DNA of 27,391 nucleotides from Candidatus Nanopusillus sp. Its GTDB lineage: Archaea; Nanobdellota; Nanobdellia; Nanobdellales; Nanobdellaceae. The translations under genes were made by a program, and so were the position numbers. Below, one piece after another: positions 7,649 to 15,348 of this stretch; positions within the stretch are counted from its first letter, which is position 1; each line of letters starts with the position of its first letter. Where the stretch lies: assembly GCA_046536775.1 (NCBI GenBank), contig JAWDMD010000003.1:1-27391 (forward strand), read 5' to 3'. The notes beneath the pieces are model-generated. The model was not told the origin of the DNA, did no database searches, and saw only the letters and a program-made list of their open reading frames with translations.

Positions 7649-9103
7649 ATGAATGTTGACATACTAAAAACCTACCTAGAAAAAAGAATACTGTATACGG
7701 AAAAGTTAGCTTTAAAGTATACCACAGATTCCAGTAGCAAACCCCTCCCAAAGAGACATATCTTTTCTAGAATAAAAAGCTATATAGATAATTTCCTTGA
7801 AAAAAATGAAAAGATTAATAGATTAATTATCATACCAGGATTAAGGGGAACAGGTAAGACAACATTATTATATCAAATGTATTTGTATTTAATTAAAAAA
7901 AATATATTTAGAGAAAGGATATTGTTTATATCTATAGACAAATTAAAAAGTCTTAATTCTGATCTAATGTCTTGTATAGAAGTCTATGAATCTAAGATTT
8001 TATCTGAAGATTTAGTAACTTCTGAAAAACCAGTATTTTTATTATTAGATGAAGTAAATCATGATCCGAATTGGGCTTTAACACTGAAAATTATTTATGA
8101 TGAATATCCGAATATATTTATAATTGCCACAGGTTCCTCTGCATTAGAATTAGAAAAAGAAACTAGTGCAGATTTGGCAAGAAGAGCTAAAAAAGAATAT
8201 TTATTTCCTTTAAACTTTATTGAATATTTGAAAATATTAAAAAAATCAGATAAATATTATAAAACTAAAATACTTAAAAAGAAAATACTAAAATTATTAA
8301 ATGACGATACATTTATTCCTGAATTTCCTAAAGAATCTTTTAATAGTATTGAAATCTCAGAACTATATAAAAAAATAAAATTATATTCATTTGAAATTGA
8401 GGATTTCCTAAAATTCGGAGGTTTTCCTTTTACAGCATTATATAAAAAAGATTCTGAACAATTACTATTAGAAACAATCGAAAAAATCGCTTATTTGGAT
8501 ATCTCTAATATAAAGAATATTAGGTCTTCTATTATAGAAGATACTATAAAAATTATAAATTATTTGGCAGGGGCAGAAAAAACAAGTATAGAAAATATTT
8601 CAAAAGGTTTAAATATAAATAAAGATTCTGTACAGAATATTTTAAGATATTTAGAAATGTCTTCTTTAATTTTTTCTATTAAGCCATTAGGCAGTGAAGA
8701 AAAAATAAGCAGAAAACAAAGAAAATATTACTTTATAACTCCAACAATAAGATTTATGATAAAAGATGATTTAGGAACTTTTAAGGAAAGTGAAGATATT
8801 GGATTATTATTTGAAGAATATATAGCTTCAACGTTATATAAAATACAAATAACTCATAATATGCTAAATATAAAGGTTTTTTATGATCCTAATAAAAATG
8901 GTGCAGATTTTTTAATAAAGACTAACAATAATAAAATAATACCTGTAGAGGTTAAATTTGGAAAAAGCCAAAAAGGTGAAAAACAAGTAAAAAATAGTAT
9001 GAAAAGGTATAAATCAAATTATGGAATTATTATTGGAGATAATGAATTAGAATATAAAGACAATATACTATATATACCAAAAGAATTATTTTTAATATTA
9101 TAA
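7649..9103 (+). CDS. AAA ATPase of the COG1373 type (AAA_14 N-terminal domain plus DUF4143-like C-terminal region with a restriction-endonuclease-like tail)
   Basis: Walker A GLRGTGKTT, Walker B LLLDEVNH, GSS motif, C-terminal GADFLIK...IPVEVKFG. It is a paralogue of the CDS at 25271..26536. Confidence 0.8.
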   Translation: MNVDILKTYLEKRILYTEKLALKYTTDSSSKPLPKRHIFSRIKSYIDNFLEKNEKINRLIIIPGLRGTGKTTLLYQMYLYLIKKNIFRERILFISIDKLKSLNSDLMSCIEVYESKILSEDLVTSEKPVFLLLDEVNHDPNWALTLKIIYDEYPNIFIIATGSSALELEKETSADLARRAKKEYLFPLNFIEYLKILKKSDKYYKTKILKKKILKLLNDDTFIPEFPKESFNSIEISELYKKIKLYSFEIEDFLKFGGFPFTALYKKDSEQLLLETIEKIAYLDISNIKNIRSSIIEDTIKIINYLAGAEKTSIENISKGLNINKDSVQNILRYLEMSSLIFSIKPLGSEEKISRKQRKYYFITPTIRFMIKDDLGTFKESEDIGLLFEEYIASTLYKIQITHNMLNIKVFYDPNKNGADFLIKTNNNKIIPVEVKFGKSQKGEKQVKNSMKRYKSNYGIIIGDNELEYKDNILYIPKELFLIL

Positions 9104-9178
9104 TTCATCTCAAATATAAAAAGAATTTAAAATTTAAATTAAATTAAATTTAAAAAATTACTTATAAAAATATCTTTA

Positions 9179-9775
9179 ATGGCTACAGGTCCTACTTACA
9201 TAGTAGAATTTAGAAGAAGAAGGAAAAATATTACAGATTATAGAAAGAGATTAAACTTATTAAAATCAAAGAAGCCGAGATTTGTTGTTAAAAGATTTTT
9301 AAATAATATATTAGCGCAGATAATATTATATAATGAAAAAGGAGATAAAACATTACTAACAGTCCATTCAAAAATATTGGAAAAGAAATATGGATGGAAA
9401 GGTCATAGAGGAAATTTACCAACAGCATATTTAGTTGGTTTATTAACAGGTCTAGAAGCAAAGAAAAGAGGAATTGAAGAAGCAATATTAGATATTGGAA
9501 GATTTAGATCTACAAAAGGAAATTCTTTATATGCAACACTAAAAGGTGCAATTGATGCTGGATTAAAAATTCCATATAATGAAGAAAATTTACCTTCTGA
9601 AGATAGAATAAAAGGTGAGCATATAAAAAAGTATGCATTAATGTTAAAAGAAAAAGAACCTGAAAAATATAATAAAGAATTTTCAAGATATTTAAAAGAG
9701 GGATTAGAACCTGAAAAAATATCAGAGCATTTTGAAGAAGTAAAAAATAAAATATTAAAGGATTATGGCCTCTGA
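9179..9775 (+). CDS. rpl18: 50S ribosomal protein uL18 (L18P/L5e)
   Basis: The N-terminus MATGPTYIVEFRRRRKNITDYRKRLNLLKSKKPRFVVKRFLNNILAQI matches the conserved archaeal L18 N-terminus. Confidence 0.9.
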   Translation: MATGPTYIVEFRRRRKNITDYRKRLNLLKSKKPRFVVKRFLNNILAQIILYNEKGDKTLLTVHSKILEKKYGWKGHRGNLPTAYLVGLLTGLEAKKRGIEEAILDIGRFRSTKGNSLYATLKGAIDAGLKIPYNEENLPSEDRIKGEHIKKYALMLKEKEPEKYNKEFSRYLKEGLEPEKISEHFEEVKNKILKDYGL

Positions 9776-10016
9776 TTGGAAAGATAGCTTAGATCCTGTA
9801 TTTAGAGATTTTGTAAAATCATTAATAGAAGAAACAAAAAAGTATAAGGATATATATGAAAATTCAGATAATCCATCAAAAGTGCAAATATGGATTGCAT
9901 TAGGTATACTATATAGAAAGTTATTATCTATAGAAGGAAAACTATCAGAAATAGAATCTATAATAAATAATAAAGAACTGAAAGAGAAGTTGGAAGAATA
10001 TTTGAAAAAACTTTAA
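9765..10016 (+). CDS. Hypothetical small helical or coiled-coil protein
   Basis: 83-aa ORF. Its ATG overlaps the end of rpl18 by 11 nt. Its stop overlaps the convergent rps8 stop (TTAA). Confidence 0.45.
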   Translation: MASDWKDSLDPVFRDFVKSLIEETKKYKDIYENSDNPSKVQIWIALGILYRKLLSIEGKLSEIESIINNKELKEKLEEYLKKL

Positions 10017-10387
10017 TAAATAAGAGCAACTAAAACCCCTCCTATTTTTTCTCTTTTACATTCATCATTTGTTTTAATTCCTTCATTAGTAGATAACAAT
10101 AACATTCCAAAACCACTTGCGGGCAAGTATCTTTTTTCATGTTTTTCTAATTCTTTATAAGATACGGGAAACTCTGGATGAATTGATTTTCCAAAATTAA
10201 AATATTCTGAAAACCTAACAATTATCTTTTTTCCTTCAGTTTTGTATTCTTCAACATATTTATATTGCTTTAATTTTTCTAGAATATTCAATAATAATTT
10301 ATTATAATAATTAAATTCTACTTCCCTTTTTCCAATATTTATACAATTTGTAGCATGAGAAAAGAAATCATTAATTATATCTACCAT
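10013..10387 (-). CDS. rps8: 30S ribosomal protein uS8
   Basis: Length and motifs fit uS8: LLNILEKLKQYKYVEEY, HPEFPVSYKELEK, RYLPASGFGMLLLSTNEGI, GGVLVALIY. Confidence 0.85.
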   Translation of the reverse strand: MVDIINDFFSHATNCINIGKREVEFNYYNKLLLNILEKLKQYKYVEEYKTEGKKIIVRFSEYFNFGKSIHPEFPVSYKELEKHEKRYLPASGFGMLLLSTNEGIKTNDECKREKIGGVLVALIY

Positions 10388-10749
10388 TATTCTCCTAGAA
10401 CTTTAAATTCCAATTCCTTTGCCATTTCTCTAAAACATCTTCCACATATATATATCTTATATCTTCTAATAACTCTATCATGAGAACCACATATTATACA
10501 TCTTACACTTCCCTTTCCAAACTTCCTTTCCTTATTTATAATTCCATATTCTAATAATACTTTTATTAAACTCTTATTTTCACTCACTGCTTTTTGTACT
10601 AATTCTTGTATATTTTTAATCTTACCTTCTTTAATTAATCTTCTTACTTCTTCTTTTATGTATTTTGGTGCATTATTTTTAAGTATCTTTGCTAAAGTAC
10701 CTGGTTTGTTTTTCTGTAATTCTACTAAATATGACCAATCGTTTGGCAT
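10387..10749 (-). CDS. rps14: 30S ribosomal protein uS14 (zinc-ribbon type) with a ~68-aa N-terminal extension
   Basis: The C-terminal 50 aa, KFGKGSVRCIICGSHDRVIRRYKIYICGRCFREMAKELEFKV, is a canonical CxxC...CxxC uS14. Its stop overlaps the rps8 ATG (TAATG). The ORF has no in-frame ATG, GTG or TTG near the canonical start. Confidence 0.85.
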   Translation of the reverse strand: MPNDWSYLVELQKNKPGTLAKILKNNAPKYIKEEVRRLIKEGKIKNIQELVQKAVSENKSLIKVLLEYGIINKERKFGKGSVRCIICGSHDRVIRRYKIYICGRCFREMAKELEFKVLGE

Positions 10750-10821
10750 TTATTAATAATATATTAGTAAGATTTAAAAGAAATATATATTTTTAAGGAA
10801 AAAATTAAAATAAATATAATA

Positions 10822-11835
10822 ATGCTAAAATCCCTAATTGTTGGGATAGATCCAGGTACAAATTTAGGATTAGCGGTTATAGATGATAATGGAGATATAA
10901 TTGATAAATTAAGCGGAAAAAATATACAAAATGAGGATATAATTAAATATATAAGTGATCTAAAAGATGTTGTACTTATTACTACAGATAAAAAAGAAAT
11001 ACCAAAGACAATATTAGATATAGCATCAAAACTAAATATTGGAATATATAGTCCGAAAGAGGATATTAGTTTAGAAATAAAAAACAAATATTATAAAGAT
11101 GAAAACTTAAAGAATATATTTGAGAATAATCACGAATTCGATGCATATATATCAGCAAAGGAAGCATTAAAAAAATTAAAGGAAATATTCGAAAAAGCTA
11201 GAAGATTTTCTGAAAGTCAGGATGAATATATTAAAATATTAAGATATATATTAAAGAACAGAAAGGTGGAAGCTGCATCCGCAAAGAAAAATTTAATGGA
11301 GAAGGAAAAGAAGATAAAAGAAGGAAAGAAAAGGAAAAAAAGAAATAGAAATAAAAAAGATATTGAAATAATAAAGGTTATTATAAAGAATAAAAAAGAT
11401 CAAAAAGAAAAAGAAAAAATAATAGAGGAATTAAATAAAAAATATATAGATTTATTAAATGATTATAATATCTTATCTAAGATTTTAATAGAAAGGCTAA
11501 AAAATGATGATAATATTATACCAAAAATCTCTTTTTTATATCTAAATAAACTTTATTATAATAAAATATATATAGATGAGTTTAAAGAAGAATATATTAC
11601 ATATTATAAGAGTAAAGATGTAAAGTTTTTTGTAAAAAAAGATAATTTAACAGAGGCTAAAAATATTTTTTCAAGATTTTATATTATAGACGAATTTAAA
11701 GAATTAAAAAATTTAGTTATCATTGAAAAGTTTCATGAAGAAAAATCTAATATAATAGAAAAAGATATTGATAAAGAAAAGTTAAAGAAAATTTTAAAAA
11801 ATTATAGGGAACACCGCTTTCAAAATATATTATAA
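10822..11835 (+). CDS. DUF460/COG2433-type protein (predicted RuvC/YqgF-like RNase-H-fold nuclease) with a K/E-rich central linker
   Basis: The N-terminus LIVGIDPGTNLGLAVIDDNGDII is the RuvC/YqgF-type first strand with its catalytic Asp. It is followed by ITTDK and HEFDAY motifs and a lysine-rich coiled region. Confidence 0.65.
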   Translation: MLKSLIVGIDPGTNLGLAVIDDNGDIIDKLSGKNIQNEDIIKYISDLKDVVLITTDKKEIPKTILDIASKLNIGIYSPKEDISLEIKNKYYKDENLKNIFENNHEFDAYISAKEALKKLKEIFEKARRFSESQDEYIKILRYILKNRKVEAASAKKNLMEKEKKIKEGKKRKKRNRNKKDIEIIKVIIKNKKDQKEKEKIIEELNKKYIDLLNDYNILSKILIERLKNDDNIIPKISFLYLNKLYYNKIYIDEFKEEYITYYKSKDVKFFVKKDNLTEAKNIFSRFYIIDEFKELKNLVIIEKFHEEKSNIIEKDIDKEKLKKILKNYREHRFQNIL

Positions 11836-12164
11836 TAAATCTTGAATGAGCATAAATAAAATAATTAATTACTAATTAGTAGTATATAATAGTTTGTCAA
11901 ATATAATATAGTAAATTTACATTTTGATATTGGTGTACCAAAAATTTTATAAATATCATTTATAAAATTTTTGATAAACAATATTTTTAAACAGGAAATC
12001 TATAGATATATTTAGAAGGAAAAATCGATCATGGAAAAAATTTAGGGGCGATTTTTTTAAAATCCATGAGAAATTTATTATTTTAAACGTAAGAAGGATA
12101 TTTTACCTATTTTTAAATGGATTGCAAAGATATTTTATAAAATTTTTTATAATATAAAATACTT
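11836..12164. other. Candidate replication origin (oriC) upstream of orc1/cdc6
   Basis: 329-bp intergenic region. It contains an ORB-like element GATCATGGAAAAAATTTAGGGGCG (12027-12050), which is a dyad core followed by a G-string. TCATGGA (12029-12035) has an inverted partner TCCATGA (12063-12069). A further ATGGA site lies at 12115-12125, and AGAAGGA occurs as a direct repeat at 12014 and 12091. The flanks are extremely AT-rich. Confidence 0.5.
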
Positions 12165-13397
12165 ATGATAACAAATTCAATAATAGATTATTTTTTATCA
12201 GATTTTGAAAAAATATCAAATAAAAATAAAAGCCTTATTTTAGATGGCAGATATTTTGAAGAAGATTTTATTCCATACGAAATAAAATTTAGAGATAAGG
12301 AAAAAGAAACCATATTATCGAATATAAGCTTATTTTTAAATAGAAATACTGGAAGTAACTTATTTTTATATGGGACTCCAGGTACTGGGAAAACATTGAT
12401 AGCCAGATATTTAAACAAAGGCATATCTTTTTATTCTACAAAAAATAAATTGAAAGTAAAGGTTGCATATATAAATTGTAAACAGATATTATCTGATGAT
12501 GTAGATTATTATATATTTAAGAGAACATATGAAGAGCTAGCAAATATAAATATAAAAAGTGGATTTAGAAAGAACGATATATATGAAAATATATATAAGT
12601 TTATAATTAGTAATGATTATAAACTAATAATAATATTAGATGAGGTAGATAATATATTTAGAAAGTCAGAAAATACAGAAATATTATATTTATTATTAAG
12701 GAACTATGATATAAACTTTTTAAGTAGAATAAGACTAATACTTATTTCTAATTCTCCTTCTTTTATATCACAATTAGATCAAAGAATAAAATCTTCCTTT
12801 TCATCAATAATTCAGGTAAGATTTTCTCCATATAATTATTATGAATTAAGAGAAATTCTAAAAGATAGAGCTATAAAAGCCCTAAAACCAGGTTCAATAT
12901 CTGAAGAAGATATAAATTATATATCTGCAAAAGTTTCTAAAGAATTTTTTGGAGACGCGAGGATTGCAATAAATGTATTAAGATTGTCAGCAACAATTGC
13001 ATATAATAAAAATAAAGAAAAAATAGATAGGGAGGATATAGATGAAGCACTTTCTAGTGTTGATTTAAATATATTGGAATCTATGGTAAGTACTCTAAAT
13101 AAAACACAAAAATTAATATTGTTGGCTTTAATAAGAGAGCAAATAAAAAGTGGAGATTTTGTGACATTTAACAATCTATATGAGGAATATATAAATTTAT
13201 CCAATAGTTTTGGGATATCTATTCTAGATAAAACAGTAGTTTATAAAAATTTAAAGAAAATAGAAAGTATATTTGGAGAATTAATAGAATCAAAAATAAT
13301 ATCTAATGGAAAAAGGGGTGTAAACAAAGTATTAAAGATAATATCGGATGTTGATAACCTTAAAAAAATATACGAAAAAATTAAAAAAGATATATGA
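12165..13397 (+). CDS. cdc6: Orc1/Cdc6 replication initiator
   Basis: Walker A GTPGTGKT, Walker B IILDEVD, an AAA+ lid, and a C-terminal winged-helix region (KTQKLILLALI...). Its stop overlaps the next gene's ATG (ATGA). Confidence 0.9.
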   Translation: MITNSIIDYFLSDFEKISNKNKSLILDGRYFEEDFIPYEIKFRDKEKETILSNISLFLNRNTGSNLFLYGTPGTGKTLIARYLNKGISFYSTKNKLKVKVAYINCKQILSDDVDYYIFKRTYEELANINIKSGFRKNDIYENIYKFIISNDYKLIIILDEVDNIFRKSENTEILYLLLRNYDINFLSRIRLILISNSPSFISQLDQRIKSSFSSIIQVRFSPYNYYELREILKDRAIKALKPGSISEEDINYISAKVSKEFFGDARIAINVLRLSATIAYNKNKEKIDREDIDEALSSVDLNILESMVSTLNKTQKLILLALIREQIKSGDFVTFNNLYEEYINLSNSFGISILDKTVVYKNLKKIESIFGELIESKIISNGKRGVNKVLKIISDVDNLKKIYEKIKKDI

Positions 13398-15043
13398 ATA
13401 AAGAAGATTTTATAAAATTATTATGGGAAAACAATATATTTATTGAAAAGAAAGCATATGATCTTTTAAATTCTTTAAAAGAGGAAAATTTTGATGCTAT
13501 ATTTAAAGAAGCAAAAAGAAATAATGTAAATAGGATAGATGAGGATTTTATTAATAAAATAATTGGAAAAAATGTTAATAATAAAGAAAATTTGGAGAAA
13601 AAGGAAAATAATACAAATAAAAAACAGAATAATATAAATATAAAGGATTTTTTTAGTATAAAAGAAAATAAACAAAATGTAGAAAAGGAAAGTAATAACG
13701 TAGTTCTTATAGAAAATACAAAAAAACATATTGGAGAAGAAATCGAATTATCAGTAAAAGAAATGAAGGAAACAAAAGAAATAAATATTCTAAAAAAATT
13801 TGAAATACAAAAAAATAAGCCAGATATAATATCTTGGATATCATATTATAAACAAAGATTAAATAAGATAAAGAAAATATTAAGGGAACATTCTGAAATG
13901 AGGAGTTTATATCCATTAAATAAGATACCTGAAAACGAAGAAGTTGCAATTGTTGGACTGTTATATGATAAAAGAATAACTGAAAAAGGGATAATGCTTA
14001 TACTAGAAGATGGAAATAGCATTATAAAAGCTTTTATAAATAAGAATAATGAAAATATAGATTTTAAAATAGTTAAAGATATACCATTAGATTCTGTTAT
14101 TGGTTTAGTCGGTACATATAAAAACAAAATGTTTTTTGCAAATAATGTAATATTACCTGATGTACCAATAAGGAGACCAAAAACCTTTGGAGAAGATGAT
14201 GTATATATATTATTTACTGGTGATTGGCAGATAGGAAATAAATATACCTTTTATGATCTATTTGATAGATTTTTACAATTTGTAAATGGAAAAACAGAAA
14301 ATGAAAAAATAAATGAAATTGCAAGAAAAATTGGTTATACCATAATTATAGGAGATGTTGCAGATGGTGTTGGTGTTTATCCAGAACAAAAAGAAGAATT
14401 AATTTTAAAAACATATGAAGATCAATATAAGAGTTTTGAAGATTATATATTAAAAACACCTGAAAGTATAAAGACAATTATTATACCAGGAAATCATGAT
14501 ATCCCGAGATTAGCAGAACCACAACCAGAATTACCAAGATCTATATTAAAAGAATCTTATTCAATGGATAATATATATTATTTGTCAAACCCCTCATATG
14601 TAAAAATACATGATTCAATTATTGGGTTATTATATCATGGATATGTTCTAGATTGGTTAGTATCAAATATTTCTTTTTTAAGAGAAAGGGGAGGATATGA
14701 GAATCCTGGAGAATTAATGAAATTTATGCTAATGTTAAGGTTAATATTTCCTTCTCATGGATCAAATCCATATGTTCCATATATAAATGAAGATTCTTCT
14801 GTAATAGAATTTGTACCAGATTTCTTTCATACAGGTCATATACACAGAGCATCTTATAATGAATATAGAGGAGTAGATTTGATTAATTCATCTACTTTTC
14901 AAGATATAACTCCATTTCAGAGAGAATTGGGTCATAAACCAGAACCTGGTATTTTATTTTTAAGAAATATAAAAAATGGAGAGGTTTTTGGTATTAATTT
15001 ATTTAATTTTGAAATAAGAAAGTTAAGGGATAAAGTTATATAA
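13394..15043 (+). CDS. DNA polymerase D (Pol II) small subunit DP1
   Basis: C-terminal calcineurin-like phosphoesterase motifs GDVADGVGVYPEQ, PGNHD, YHG and HTGHIH, preceded by an OB-like segment (VAIVGLLYDK...). The N-terminus has a K/N/E-rich low-complexity insert. Confidence 0.85.
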   Translation: MNKEDFIKLLWENNIFIEKKAYDLLNSLKEENFDAIFKEAKRNNVNRIDEDFINKIIGKNVNNKENLEKKENNTNKKQNNINIKDFFSIKENKQNVEKESNNVVLIENTKKHIGEEIELSVKEMKETKEINILKKFEIQKNKPDIISWISYYKQRLNKIKKILREHSEMRSLYPLNKIPENEEVAIVGLLYDKRITEKGIMLILEDGNSIIKAFINKNNENIDFKIVKDIPLDSVIGLVGTYKNKMFFANNVILPDVPIRRPKTFGEDDVYILFTGDWQIGNKYTFYDLFDRFLQFVNGKTENEKINEIARKIGYTIIIGDVADGVGVYPEQKEELILKTYEDQYKSFEDYILKTPESIKTIIIPGNHDIPRLAEPQPELPRSILKESYSMDNIYYLSNPSYVKIHDSIIGLLYHGYVLDWLVSNISFLRERGGYENPGELMKFMLMLRLIFPSHGSNPYVPYINEDSSVIEFVPDFFHTGHIHRASYNEYRGVDLINSSTFQDITPFQRELGHKPEPGILFLRNIKNGEVFGINLFNFEIRKLRDKVI

Positions 15044-15066
15044 GATATTTATATAATATAATAGGA

Positions 15067-15348
15067 ATGAAAATAAATAAGGAAAGTGAAACAGAAATGG
15101 AAATAATATTTGAAAATGATAAGGCAACTATATCTATGCTATTAAAAGAAGAGTTAGATAAAGATCCAAATGTAATACTTGCTGCTTGGAAAGAAAATCA
15201 TCCATTAATAAAAGACATTTATTTATATATAAAGACTGATGGAAAGAAAAAGCCAAGAGAAGTATTAATAGATTCAATAAAGAGGGCTTTAGATAGGTTA
15301 AATAGTTTTGAGAAAGAATATAATAAAATAATTGATGAAATTAAATAA
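15067..15348 (+). CDS. rpoL: DNA-directed RNA polymerase subunit L (Rpo11)
   Basis: 93 aa. EIIFENDKATISMLLKEELDKDPNVILAAWKENHPLIKDIYLYIKTDG follows the RpoL pattern (E-D-H-T-x-x-N-x-L ... HPL ... IKT). The EDHT motif is degenerate. Confidence 0.65.
   Translation: MKINKESETEMEIIFENDKATISMLLKEELDKDPNVILAAWKENHPLIKDIYLYIKTDGKKKPREVLIDSIKRALDRLNSFEKEYNKIIDEIK

Noticed and set aside
11260-11420. An apparent DNA repeat (aaagaaaa / gaaaaag runs) inside the DUF460 gene, with a similar run in DP1 (13560-13700).
   Set aside because: These are purine-rich stretches encoding K/E/N low-complexity linkers. They show no defined repeat unit or periodicity.
11996-12011. AAATCTATAGATAT in the origin region matches the core of the 22-bp repeats at 25087 and 26619.
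   Set aside because: The match is only 14 nt. By my rough estimate, dozens of chance 14-mer matches are expected in a 27-kb window of this base composition, and the core is an AT-rich palindrome.
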